A stretch of DNA of 64,000 bases from Candidatus Bathyarchaeota archaeon (lineage in GTDB: Archaea; Thermoproteota; Bathyarchaeia; Bathyarchaeales; Bathycorpusculaceae). The stretch lies in the NCBI GenBank assembly GCA_963827165.1, contig CAWGZR010000011.1:32001-96000 (forward strand). Direction: 5' to 3'. How positions within the stretch are numbered: the first letter of the stretch is position 1; each line of letters starts with the position of its first letter. This document shows positions 37,342 to 47,558 of this stretch, in pieces. Position numbers and translations under genes: made by a program. Under the pieces are notes generated by a model that worked only from the letters and a program-made list of their open reading frames with translations, made no database searches and was not told the DNA's origin.

Positions 37342-40241
37342 GCAGGCTGCTTCACTGCCAGCTCTATTCCTTGTTGCGGGCGGTTAAGAATTTTCTGCAA
37401 AAACTTACCTGTGTATGAACCTTCGTTCTGAGCGACCTCTTCAGGAGTTCCCTGAGCTAGAAGTTCGCCTCCCGCTGCTCCGCCTTCAGGACCTAAATCC
37501 ACGAGGTAATCGCAGCTTTTTATGACGTCGAGATTGTGTTCGATGATGTAGACAGTGTTTCCGTTGTCTACAAGTCGATTAAGAACTCGGATGAGGCGTT
37601 TGGTATCGTCAAAATGTAGGCCCGTAGTGGGTTCGTCAAGCATGTAGACGACGTGTCCCGACTTGTTTTTGCTGAGTTCACGGGTGATTTTTATACGTTG
37701 GCTTTCCCCGCCTGACAGGGTGGTTGAGCTTTGACCCAGCTTAATGTAACCTAAGCCCACATCAAGGAGAGTGCCAAGTTTTCGGCTGATTCTCGGTGTG
37801 TTCTCAAAGAATTTGGCTGCTTCCTCCACAGTCATATCTAGCACTTCAGCGATGTTCTTGCCTTTGAAGAGTATGCTTAGGGTTTCTTTGTTGTAGCGTT
37901 TGCCTTTACATTCGCTGCATTGAACGTAAACGTCTGGTAGAAAATTCATTTCGATGCGTAGGACTCCGTCGCCCTGGCAAGTTTCGCATCTGCCACCTTT
38001 CACGTTGAAGCTGAAACGTCCTTCCTTGTAACCTCGCGCCTTAGCCTCTTTTGTTGATGCAAAGATGCGTCTGATTTCGTCAAAGAGTTTGGTATAGGTT
38101 GCTGGGTTGCTTCTGGGGGTTCTTCCTATTGGGTCTTGATCAATGACGATTACGTTGTGGACCATAGGTGGGATGTCGATTGATTCGTGTTTGCCGATCT
38201 TGTCAATTTTCTCGCCGAATATCTGGCGAAGCCTGGGGATAACGGTCAAATTCATAAGTGTGCTTTTGCCCGAACCTGAAACGCCTGTGACGCCGCACAG
38301 CACGCCAAGCGGTAACTGGAGGCTGAGGTGCTTGAGGTTATTCTCCTCTAGTCCTTTGACTGTTATGTAGCCTGCTGGTTTGCGTCGCGTCTCGGGCACC
38401 TCGATTTTGAGTTCGCCAGAGAGGTATTTGCCTGTGAGGCTGCGTTTGTTAGTCATTATTTCTTCGGGTGGACCTTCAGCTACTATGTGTCCCCCGTGGA
38501 CTCCTGCACCTGGTCCCATGTCAACGATGTAGTCGGCTTTCCTTATGGTTTCCTCATCATGCTCAACCACGATCAAAGTGTTGCCCAAGTCACGGAGGCG
38601 ATGCAGGGTGCTGATGAGTTTAGCGTTATCCCGTTGATGCAAGCCGATGCTCGGTTCATCCAAAATGTAGAGAACACCCATCAGGTTGCTACCGATCTGC
38701 GTGGCTAAACGGATTCGCTGGGCTTCGCCGCCACTGAGTGTTCTTGCTGCACGGGAAAGTGAAAGATAACCTAGCCCGACGTTCTTCAAAAACCCGAGCC
38801 GCTCATTTACTTCTTTGAGCACCTGCTTTGCGATGGCCATTTCTTTCTCGTTAAGTTGAGCAGGCAGATTTTGGAAGAAGTCGACTGCCTCTTCGATTGA
38901 AAGGTCAGTGGCGTCAATTATGCTCTTGTCCAAGATTTTAACCGCAAGTACTACGGGCTGCAGTTTCTTGCCTTGACACGCATTGCATGGTCGCGAAGTC
39001 ATGAATTTCTCAATGTCTTCTTTTCGCCATTCACTCTCTGTTTGGCGATAAAGCCTCATGGTTTGCGGGATTACTCCTTCCCAGCCGTCACGCATCCACA
39101 TACTTGCGCCATTAGACCATTGACCATTCAACGGTTCCCTGTCACCATACAGGAGCACGTGGAGTTGTTGATCTGTGAAATCTTTAATCGGGGTGAAAAC
39201 GTCGAACCCGTGTTTTTTACCTACCATCTGAAGCTGCTGTGCACGCCAGCTGAGATCCATGCTTCCGTAAACGGAGAGTGCCCCATCCATTATGGAGAGG
39301 TTTTTGTTCGGGATGACTTTGTCTTCTGAGATTTCGGTGATTTCGCCTAAGCCGTGGCAGGTTGTGCAGGCGCCGAACGGCGAGTTGAATGAGAACATGC
39401 GTGGCTCGAGGCTTTCGAATACGATTTCTGGGTGGTTGGGGCAGGCTCCGAAGGTGCTGTACATAGTTTCATCTTGGAAGCGTTCAAGTTCCTTTTTCTT
39501 TTCCGTCTCAGCTTCTTTTTGTGCATCGATAATTATCATTGTTCCTTTGCCGACTTGAAGCGCCTGCTCCACCGCTTCACTGATGCGGCTTCGTTCTTCA
39601 TCCCCGATTTTGACTGTGTCTATGACGGCTTCTATCCAGTGTTTTTCGTACCGTACAAGCTTGACTTCTTCTTTGATGCCGTCTGAATCGTAGATTTTTT
39701 GGTCTGCCCTTATTTTGGTGTAGCCCTGTTTTTTGAGGTCGTCGAAGACCTGTTCATGAGTCCCTTTTATGCCGCGGATTACTGGAGCTAGGAAGACAAA
39801 TGTTTTTTCTTTTTCAGCCATAACGAGACTTGTTATATTTTCGGCGCTTTGTGGGTGGATTGAACTACCGCATTTTGGGCAATGATGAGTGCCTATGCGG
39901 GCGAAAAGAAGCCGAAGATAATCGTAGATTTCAGTAACAGTACCGACAGTTGAACGTGGGTTTTTGCTGGTGCTTTTCTGTTCAATCGAGATTGCAGGCG
40001 ATAACCCTTCTATTGAGTCTACGTCGGGTTTATCCATCAAGCCGAGGAACTGCCTAGCGTAAGCAGAGAGGCTCTCAACGTATCGTCTCTGTCCCTCAGC
40101 GTATATGGTGTCAAACGCAAGGGTGGATTTTCCTGAGCCTGAAAGCCCAGTGACAACTATGAATTTGTTTCTGGGAAGTTCCACATCGATGTTTTTGAGG
40201 TTATGCTCTCTTGCACCCTTAATTGAGATGCTGTCTCTCAT
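37338..40241 (-). CDS. uvrA: Excinuclease ABC subunit A
   Basis: GAREHNLKN, two Walker A motifs, [12 protein letters not shown]. Confidence 0.97.
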   Translation of the reverse strand: MRDSISIKGAREHNLKNIDVELPRNKFIVVTGLSGSGKSTLAFDTIYAEGQRRYVESLSAYARQFLGLMDKPDVDSIEGLSPAISIEQKSTSKNPRSTVGTVTEIYDYLRLLFARIGTHHCPKCGSSIHPQSAENITSLVMAEKEKTFVFLAPVIRGIKGTHEQVFDDLKKQGYTKIRADQKIYDSDGIKEEVKLVRYEKHWIEAVIDTVKIGDEERSRISEAVEQALQVGKGTMIIIDAQKEAETEKKKELERFQDETMYSTFGACPNHPEIVFESLEPRMFSFNSPFGACTTCHGLGEITEISEDKVIPNKNLSIMDGALSVYGSMDLSWRAQQLQMVGKKHGFDVFTPIKDFTDQQLHVLLYGDREPLNGQWSNGASMWMRDGWEGVIPQTMRLYRQTESEWRKEDIEKFMTSRPCNACQGKKLQPVVLAVKILDKSIIDATDLSIEEAVDFFQNLPAQLNEKEMAIAKQVLKEVNERLGFLKNVGLGYLSLSRAARTLSGGEAQRIRLATQIGSNLMGVLYILDEPSIGLHQRDNAKLISTLHRLRDLGNTLIVVEHDEETIRKADYIVDMGPGAGVHGGHIVAEGPPEEIMTNKRSLTGKYLSGELKIEVPETRRKPAGYITVKGLEENNLKHLSLQLPLGVLCGVTGVSGSGKSTLMNLTVIPRLRQIFGEKIDKIGKHESIDIPPMVHNVIVIDQDPIGRTPRSNPATYTKLFDEIRRIFASTKEAKARGYKEGRFSFNVKGGRCETCQGDGVLRIEMNFLPDVYVQCSECKGKRYNKETLSILFKGKNIAEVLDMTVEEAAKFFENTPRISRKLGTLLDVGLGYIKLGQSSTTLSGGESQRIKITRELSKNKSGHVVYMLDEPTTGLHFDDTKRLIRVLNRLVDNGNTVYIIEHNLDVIKSCDYLVDLGPEGGAAGGELLAQGTPEEVAQNEGSYTGKFLQKILNRPQQGIELAVKQPA

Positions 40242-40335
40242 GACTAAACCCTTTTCCTTCTCGTTTATTGTGAACTTAACCATTTTATTCAGGATAGATT
40301 AGAACCTTTTTGCCACAAACCCCTCATTTTCTGGG

Positions 40336-42279
40336 CTAGCTACTGCTTTCTATCTTTCTGGCCAAAGCCAAATTCAACTCGGAAATCGCATCCCGCAACT
40401 CAATCGCCCGCTCGAAATCAAGTTTCTCAGCAGCTTCCCTCATCTTTGCATCTAGCTCGATTATCTGTCTTTGAATATCCGACTTAGGCAAGTGCTTGAC
40501 CCCTTTGATGGTGCCTTCTTTGTGAGAGACGCTTTTGATTATTGTTGTTGGAGTAATGTTATGGCTTTGGTTGTAGCGTTTTTGGAAAGCGCGACGGTAA
40601 TTGGTTATTTCTATGGCTCGCTTAATCGAGGATGTTTCAACATCGGCGTAAAGGATGACCCTGCCGTTTACGTTTCTTGCTGCTCGTCCAATGGTTTGAA
40701 TGAGACTGCGTTCGTCCCGCAGAAAACCCTCTTTGTCAGCGTCTAAAATAAAGATGGTTGAAACCTCTGGGATGTCTAATCCTTCCCGGAGCAGGTTGAT
40801 GCCGACCAAAATGTCGAAGTCTCCGACCCGCAGTTGCCGAACAAGCTCAATACGGTCTAAGCTGTCAATGTCAGAGTGCATGTAGCGGACGCGGAAGCCT
40901 TCTTTAACGAGGTAATCCGCCAAATCTTCAGCCATCCTTTTTGTGAGAGTTGTGATTAGGATTCGGTCGCCGCGCTCGATCGTTTTCCTGGCTTCACCCA
41001 TTAGATGTAGCATCTGTCCAGTTATGGGGTGAACTTCAACTTCAGGATCCAAAAGACCTGTTGGTCGAGTGATTAACTCAACGGGTGGACCGCTTTTTTC
41101 CAGTTCGTACTCAGCTGGGGTTGCTGAGACAAAGAGGACTTTGCCCATTTTTTTCTCGAACTCCTCAAACTTCAGCGGCCTGTTGTCTAAAGCACTGGGC
41201 AATCTGAACCCGAAGTCCACCAGATTCTTTTTTCTCGCGTAATCCCCATTGTACATGGCTCGGGACTGTGGAATCGTTTGGTGGCTTTCGTCGATGATGA
41301 GCAAGAAATCTTTGGGGAAATAATCCATTAATGTGAATGGCGGTTCGCCTGGTCTACGTCCGTCGAAGTGTCGGCTGTAGTTTTCCATGCCTGCACAGAA
41401 CCCGATTTCTCGAATCATCTCCAAATCATAATTTGTCCGCTGCTTAAGCCTCTGAGCTTCTAGCGGCGGCAGGTCAGGTAGCCTCTTTTCTAGCTCCTGT
41501 TTTATGTTCTCAAGTGCAAGTGCATGTTTCTCTTCGGGAACAACGTATTGGCGTGCGGGGTAGAGCGTCAACCTGTCAACGGAAACTTTGACGTCGCCTG
41601 TTATTTGGTGAACTTCTTTGAGTTTAGCTATTTTGTCGCCGTCCAATTCAACCCGCAAAATATCGTTCTCGTAGGAGGGTACAACATCAATTGTGTTGCC
41701 TCTAACGCGGAACCTTCCTGGCTCGAGCACCATGTCGTTGCGCTCATATTGCATGTCAACCAAGGCGCGGATGAGATCTTGCCTTCCAATCTGCTTTCCC
41801 ACTGCGAGGTCGAGCGCCATGGTTCGGAAGTCCTCTGGGTTTCCAAGGCTGTAAATGCAGCTGATGCTTGCCACGATTATCGTGTCGTTTCGACTTACCA
41901 GGCTGGACACAGCGTGCATACGCATCTTCTCGATTTCCTCGTTCACGTCCGAGTCCTTTTCAATGTACATATCCTGTGCCGGCAGGTAGGATTCAGGCTG
42001 ATAAAAATCATAAAACGAAATGAAGAATTCAACACGGTTGTGGGGGAAAAGCTCTCGTAGTTCGCCGTAGAGTTGGGCAGCCAAAATCTTGTTGTGCGCT
42101 ATGATTAGGGTTGGCTTTTGCAGGCGGTCGATGACGTTTGCCATGATGAAGGTTTTGCCGCTGCCGGTTATGCCGAGGAGGGTTTGTTTGTCTTTTCTGG
42201 AAAAGTTGGTGGCTAATTTTTCAACAGCATCAGCCTGTCCAGGCGACATTTTGTATGGCGCAATAAGTTCAAACTGCAA
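40336..42279 (-). CDS. uvrB: Excinuclease ABC subunit B
   Basis: GITGSGKT, YDFYQPESY, DESH, QTIGRAARN, UVR domain. Confidence 0.97.
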   Translation of the reverse strand: MQFELIAPYKMSPGQADAVEKLATNFSRKDKQTLLGITGSGKTFIMANVIDRLQKPTLIIAHNKILAAQLYGELRELFPHNRVEFFISFYDFYQPESYLPAQDMYIEKDSDVNEEIEKMRMHAVSSLVSRNDTIIVASISCIYSLGNPEDFRTMALDLAVGKQIGRQDLIRALVDMQYERNDMVLEPGRFRVRGNTIDVVPSYENDILRVELDGDKIAKLKEVHQITGDVKVSVDRLTLYPARQYVVPEEKHALALENIKQELEKRLPDLPPLEAQRLKQRTNYDLEMIREIGFCAGMENYSRHFDGRRPGEPPFTLMDYFPKDFLLIIDESHQTIPQSRAMYNGDYARKKNLVDFGFRLPSALDNRPLKFEEFEKKMGKVLFVSATPAEYELEKSGPPVELITRPTGLLDPEVEVHPITGQMLHLMGEARKTIERGDRILITTLTKRMAEDLADYLVKEGFRVRYMHSDIDSLDRIELVRQLRVGDFDILVGINLLREGLDIPEVSTIFILDADKEGFLRDERSLIQTIGRAARNVNGRVILYADVETSSIKRAIEITNYRRAFQKRYNQSHNITPTTIIKSVSHKEGTIKGVKHLPKSDIQRQIIELDAKMREAAEKLDFERAIELRDAISELNLALARKIESSS

Positions 42280-42362
42280 TTTAGCTTCTCCCGACGACCC
42301 TTCTAAGAAATGACCCGACCGTTTGACTAATAAGGTTTTTTCTGAGAGAGTTCAATGTTGTC

Positions 42363-42378
42363 CATGACACGTGTCATG
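42363..42378. promoter_or_regulatory. Perfect palindrome CATGACACGTGTCATG upstream of uvrB
   Basis: 16-bp self-complementary site in the ssb-uvrB intergenic region. Confidence 0.4.
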
Positions 42379-42491
42379 CCAACTAAAGAGGCTTACTGGA
42401 CATTTCCGGGTAATTACCTTACACAAAAGCACGTTCTTCTAAACTGAATTAAAAAAACTATCAAAAAAGCAGATAGTTAATTCTAAAGTCA

Positions 42492-42788
42492 TTATGAGAC
42501 TTTTACTAGCGTACCGAATTTGCCGACGTTTAGTTGGTTTTCGCCCTTGAAGCTGGTTATGTAGCCGTTGTCTATTTTTATGTTATCGCCGACGTTAACC
42601 GTATCAATCTGCTCGTTCCATAACGTCAGTTTGATGCTTCCTGATTCGTCAGCAACCACTGCATCAACGATGCGGTATGTTTCGTCTTTGAAGCGGGATT
42701 TGACTTCTCTTGGGTCGCCTTTTTCAACGACTTTCGCTTCAACGCTGACCCGTTTCATCCCATTTTGCAAATCTTTAATCGCCGTCAA
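42492..42788 (-). CDS. ssb: Single-OB-fold ssDNA-binding protein (crenarchaeal SSB type)
   Basis: IKDL, ADESGSIKLTLW, NGY...FKGE.QLNVG. Confidence 0.88.
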   Translation of the reverse strand: MTAIKDLQNGMKRVSVEAKVVEKGDPREVKSRFKDETYRIVDAVVADESGSIKLTLWNEQIDTVNVGDNIKIDNGYITSFKGENQLNVGKFGTLVKVS

Positions 42789-42939
42789 CCAAATTCACCT
42801 TGAACTATGTTCCTCGCTAAAGAGTTTTCAATTGGAAAGGTGAATTTCAATGATATAAATCTTGCTTAAGAATAACCTGACCGTTAAACATCCGCGAAAG
42901 GATGCAAAAGGCCTGAAAAAATGAGGTTAAGGGGTGGTT

Positions 42940-44193
42940 TTAGATCAGACCTACGAGTAGAAGTGATGCTAAGATGGTGACGACTACGGCGACCGCGGCG
43001 ATTGCGATTCTTTTTGGCATTGAGAATTCTGGTTTGAGGGTTCCAACTATTGTCGTGGATAACGCGCCAATCCAGATGTAGGAAATGATGAACATGAGTA
43101 AAACGACGGTTGTGAAGCCTGCTGTGGCAGAGTTGATGTTGTTGAGTATTGTTTGGGACTGTGCTGTTAGGTTGCTTGCTGTTCCCGCGTAGGTTGTTGC
43201 TCCGAAAAAGTTGAAGCGAACTCCAAGAGCTATGTCGTAAGGATAGTAGAGCGTGGGCAAGGTGGCTGCGGCTACTAGGTTAACTACTGCTCTGATGTCC
43301 AGCACGATCAGGGCGCATCCCGTGGCGATGAAGAGGGGTTTCCAAACATGAGCGGTTTTTAACCCGTAAAAGAACAGGTAGATTATCCCAGTTAAGATGA
43401 ACCAGACTAGAATGTATTCGAAACCATACGAAGATAGGAACTGCTCAAGAAGGCCGAGGCTGTTGGCCTGTTCGGGCGACTGGAATTGTCCTCTGAAGTA
43501 TAATGCGCCGATTCGTAGGGTAACGTTTGAGCTGGTTGGATACGTTAGGCTTAGCTGTAAAGCCGTAATGTTGCCCCATGAAGGTGTACCCGTAGGGGTC
43601 CAGCCTGAGGCTTTTGTTCCAAGAGGGATGGTCAGATTGTTCCAAACTCCGACTGTGCCCGTGCTAAGAGATGAGGTTAAGTCGTAAGTGTAGTAACTTG
43701 TGTCATTAAGTGAATATAGAGTTAAGTCAACGTTTTTAGGCATCGAAGATGGAACGACCTGTTTTATTGTCATAGACAGGTTTTGGTAGCCAGAAGGGCT
43801 GCAGTCGACGTTGAAAACGTTTCCTAACGCAGCGGTAATATTATTTGTGTTTAGAGCGTTCATTTCCAAACTACTGTTTCCAAACAGGCTGTAGTCGGAG
43901 TCGAGGGCTGCAACATAAATGGTGTAGTTGAAGGGGTCAGCAAAATTGTTGCTTAAAGCGACATTTGACGAGCTACTCCACGACGTCGCGTTGATGAAAT
44001 TCTGTTGGTCGCCAACTTGAGGAACAGTGTTCTCTGTGTAAATCCTGGAGAACTGCACAAACTCGAAACCTATCATTAACCCAACGAAAAGAAACAGAAC
44101 CAGAAGTGCAGCCAAGTATTTTGGGTTTTCAATAATTTTTTTGAAGGCTTTCGAAGGTGCATAAACTACTTGTGCAAGGTCACTGAGAAACAA
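42940..44193 (-). CDS. YIP1-like membrane protein with extracellular insert
   Basis: VVYAPSKAFKKI start, TM, N/S/T-rich domain, four C-terminal TMs. Confidence 0.65.
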   Translation of the reverse strand: MFLSDLAQVVYAPSKAFKKIIENPKYLAALLVLFLFVGLMIGFEFVQFSRIYTENTVPQVGDQQNFINATSWSSSSNVALSNNFADPFNYTIYVAALDSDYSLFGNSSLEMNALNTNNITAALGNVFNVDCSPSGYQNLSMTIKQVVPSSMPKNVDLTLYSLNDTSYYTYDLTSSLSTGTVGVWNNLTIPLGTKASGWTPTGTPSWGNITALQLSLTYPTSSNVTLRIGALYFRGQFQSPEQANSLGLLEQFLSSYGFEYILVWFILTGIIYLFFYGLKTAHVWKPLFIATGCALIVLDIRAVVNLVAAATLPTLYYPYDIALGVRFNFFGATTYAGTASNLTAQSQTILNNINSATAGFTTVVLLMFIISYIWIGALSTTIVGTLKPEFSMPKRIAIAAVAVVVTILASLLLVGLI

Positions 44194-44551
44194 TCTCTTG
44201 GCTCCTCGCTATGTGTGTTTCACAGTTACTAATTAAAGTATTTGTCATTTCCACAAGTCACATATTGAGTTTTAGCCCAAGAGCCAAGTAAAGCTTCAAG
44301 TTTTCAAAGGGTGACTCTCCTTGAGCAAATTGATAGACGACATAGACCATACTTCTTAATTTCGTCAGTGGTCAGAACCCCTTAACAATTGAAGAATAGT
44401 AAAGAAACAGAAACACTATACACTTGCCGTCTAAAAAATTTACTGTGATAAAGTCGGCAATACTCCAGACGAATTAATTGTTGCTACATATTGTAACATC
44501 ATAATCTATATACCGTTTCATACCGTACTTTGCGGTAAAGAGTTAATCCAA

Positions 44552-44677
44552 TTGGTTGAATGCCCTAAATGTCATAAAGAGGTTTCAAAACCTCAAGCAT
44601 CATTACAGAATAGCTATTTTCAAATCGAAGCATATACCTGTAGTGAATGCAAGGACAAGTTTAAGGTAATAAAATAG
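44552..44677 (+). CDS. 41-aa zinc-ribbon protein, Cren7-like (absent from ORF track)
   Basis: MVECPKCHKEVSKPQASLQNSYFQIEAYTCSECKDKFKVIK. Confidence 0.55.
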   Translation: MVECPKCHKEVSKPQASLQNSYFQIEAYTCSECKDKFKVIK

Positions 44678-44778
44678 GGGCTTTTTGCTTCTTAACAAAT
44701 TAAAAAACGCTGTTGATTCTATACATCGCAGAGTTTTGCGAAGTTGTTCGGAGTATACACTAAAGGAATTGGTTTTAA

Positions 44779-45930
44779 GGGGTAGCCGAATAACGGTTTA
44801 ATTTTTATTTTTTTGGTTAGCCCTCACTTTTTCTTCTCTTCCAAAACAGAAATTCTTATAACAAGAAGCACAGTTTCCAGAACATTCATTAATTTTAGTG
44901 TCTTCCTGACTCAATCTCTTTCCCCAAGCATAATATTACCTTCTCAGTCGCTAATATGTCCGTATAGAGGTTACTTCTATATTGATTCCTCAAACTGCTT
45001 TAGAACCCTCCTACCACTTTGCAATATGGTTGCAAAAATTTTAAAGCCCTAACTTTTCTATGTTTCTTTGTTTAACTACTAAATGAATGCCTCAATTTTG
45101 ACTTAAGGTCCTAATTTCCGTGTATTAAATCAACTGATTAAACATAGCTCTTGGTGATTTCTCTTAGCGGGCCAATTTTACCTCAGACTCAAAAGGCTAA
45201 AACTTTTAATAAAGTTAGGCAAATTAGGTTGAAAATTTCGCCTTATGTACGCTATGGGCTAAAATTGGCTTATTTTGGGCTTATTTGGTTTGAATTTGAC
45301 CATTACCCATTTCGCCTTGATTCGTTAAAATAAACAAGTAAACGACCCACAAAATAATCTTCTTTTATCAAAATAACCCCTCTGCCGCTCTGGTGTACCA
45401 GGTTCGAACGATCCCTCTAGAGCTGACCGCCGACAAAAACTAAAGTTGCTTCATGAAGATTTTAACCACTTTTTAGCTAACTGATTTGCTTCTTTTTGGT
45501 TTTTGCCATATGTGGACGGGTCTGCTTTTCGTTCGTCATGGTTTAACCACGCATGTGCAACCTCATGTGCAATAGTGAATTCAGAATTGTTAGCTCGCAA
45601 AATAATAAAGAAGGGTTTTTCAATAATTTGTTCTTTACAAATTGTGCTGGCACGACCTTCGATAAATTGAACATTTTTATCAACGAATTCCTGAACTTCA
45701 TCAGGTAGTTTGGATAGTGTTTCTGCAATTTTAGAAACCAAGACTATTGGTAACTGTGCATCAAGAACAAAGTACTTCTCGTCCAGTTTCTTATCTTTCA
45801 TTCTTAGTCCTTCTTAGCTTCGGGTCTCAAAGTTTTATTTAAAGCTTTAATGGATAATTCGCTGACAAATATAACCAAAAATCGGTTGAAAAATAGAGTT
45901 TAACGCAAATAAAATTAGTTCGGCTATCCC
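44779..45930. mobile_element. Putative non-autonomous or decayed TIR element
   Basis: GGGGTAGCCGAA (44779-44790) vs TTCGGCTATCCC (45919-45930), 11/12 inverted match; AT-rich; no transposase or TSD seen. Confidence 0.4.
45451..45801 (-). CDS. Small HExxH metallopeptidase (ImmA/IrrE-like)
   Basis: FTIAHEVAHAWLNH...EANQLAKKW. Confidence 0.7.
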   Translation of the reverse strand: MKDKKLDEKYFVLDAQLPIVLVSKIAETLSKLPDEVQEFVDKNVQFIEGRASTICKEQIIEKPFFIILRANNSEFTIAHEVAHAWLNHDERKADPSTYGKNQKEANQLAKKWLKSS

Positions 45931-46049
45931 ACTAGGACATTAATTGACACTTAACCATTAACTAAGTTATTTTATCTTAATCTACCCCGAAGGTTTGATT
46001 TTAGTCACACCTTGAGTAAAATATGGCTACAGGTCTTGTGCTTTATTAG

Positions 46050-47558
46050 TTACATCCCGAGTTTAAAACGCCGATAAGTCTGGTAATCCACATATTCTAT
46101 GAATGGGTTTTCAGCTTGGAATTTCACATTGACTTTCTGGTGCTTCCGCTTGTCGACAAGCTGATTTGTGGTTCTAAGCAGGTACGCGTCGCTTCCAGCG
46201 CCTGAACCGTAACTTCCGACCAAAATAAGTTCTTCAGGTTTGGCGATATCAAGGACAGCAGCTAAACTCAGGGGTACGCAGCCCGAGTAGGTGTTGCCGA
46301 ACTTGTTAATCATAAGCCCCGGGAAATACTGCTCCTCTCTAAAACCAAGCTCCTTGGCTATTCTAACTGGAAACTGAGGGTTGGGCTGATGAGCGACGAA
46401 GTATCCGATGTCGCTTGCCTTGAGATTGCAACGTTCCATAAGTTTACAGGTTGATTTGCGGACATGCTTAAAGTAAGCTGGGTCACCTGTGAATCTTCCG
46501 CCATGCATAGGGAAAGGTTCGCCATCTCTACGCCAGAAATCAGGCGTGTCAGAAGTGCAAGAGTACCATCCTTCCATTTGGGCAATGACGTCATTTTTTC
46601 CGAAGATAAAAGCGGCGCCCCCGTAGCCCACAAAAGCATCGAGTTCGCCGCCTGGGCAGCCTCTTGGCGCTGCTTGAGAGTTATCGGCGCCGATAGCCAT
46701 CGCATATTTTACGCCTGAACGAGGGTAACTGACGAGGGCGCAAGCGTCTTTAAACATGCTTGTAGCTGCTTTGCAGGCAAACTCGGTGTCAACTGCGTCG
46801 ACGCCTTGGACATCGCCGTCTTCTTCTCCGAGCTTTAGCACCTGAGCTACCTTCGACGCGATCGGTTTAACTGCGTAAGGATTGGATTCTGAGCCGACGT
46901 AGACCTTGCCTACTAGGCTGCTGTCGATACCAGAATGGATCAGCGCGAGTTTTCCCGCTTCCACAGCCGCCGTCACTGAGTCTTCATCGACGAATGGTAC
47001 AGCGCGTTCTAATCCCGGTTCTTTTATTCGGAACCTTGAAGTGTAAACGCCGTAACCGACCACTCCAGGCAACTCGTACTCCTTGTTAGGGGCGGTTACC
47101 TTGTACTCTTGGTGTGGATAGTACTCGTCAGCTAAAGTGAAAGCCAACGAGATCGTTGGGACAACTTCGCTTTTTCCAACTGAGTAGCGCCTGCGAAAAC
47201 GGGGAACTACTTCTCTTCCCTCAAGACTCGCCAAATCCACATCCTTACCGTTCGCTATGAGTTGGTCAGTCAATCTTGCGGGTACACGGATTTTGCCGTT
47301 GTGAAAAGAAACAATTCCGTAGACGAAGCTGGAGAGCTTCATGAATTTGTTTGTGGGTTCATTGATAAATGTGCATAATTCAAGTTTTCCCTTGTCGTAA
47401 AACAAGTCGATGTTATCCATTTTTCCGTAGCTTTTTCTGCCGCAGTTACTGCAGTAGTCTCTGACTTCAAAATATTCTTTGCTGCAGCTCTGGCATCGGC
47501 TAGCCCGTAACCTGTCACCTAAATAGGAAACCCGTCGCTCAATCGGTTCACTGCTCAA
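46050..47558 (-). CDS. DUF35 (zinc ribbon + OB)-hydroxymethylglutaryl-CoA synthase fusion
   Basis: N-terminal CQSC...CSNCG and OB (PRFRR); HMGS motifs GSES.PYAVKP, FACKA, HGGRFTG.PAYF, HQPN, GNTYSG, SYGSGAGSD. Confidence 0.9.
   Translation of the reverse strand: MSSEPIERRVSYLGDRLRASRCQSCSKEYFEVRDYCSNCGRKSYGKMDNIDLFYDKGKLELCTFINEPTNKFMKLSSFVYGIVSFHNGKIRVPARLTDQLIANGKDVDLASLEGREVVPRFRRRYSVGKSEVVPTISLAFTLADEYYPHQEYKVTAPNKEYELPGVVGYGVYTSRFRIKEPGLERAVPFVDEDSVTAAVEAGKLALIHSGIDSSLVGKVYVGSESNPYAVKPIASKVAQVLKLGEEDGDVQGVDAVDTEFACKAATSMFKDACALVSYPRSGVKYAMAIGADNSQAAPRGCPGGELDAFVGYGGAAFIFGKNDVIAQMEGWYSCTSDTPDFWRRDGEPFPMHGGRFTGDPAYFKHVRKSTCKLMERCNLKASDIGYFVAHQPNPQFPVRIAKELGFREEQYFPGLMINKFGNTYSGCVPLSLAAVLDIAKPEELILVGSYGSGAGSDAYLLRTTNQLVDKRKHQKVNVKFQAENPFIEYVDYQTYRRFKLGM

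Noticed and set aside
45395-45410. GGTTCGAAC T-loop-like motif as a tRNA
   Set aside because: No T-stem or cloverleaf can be formed
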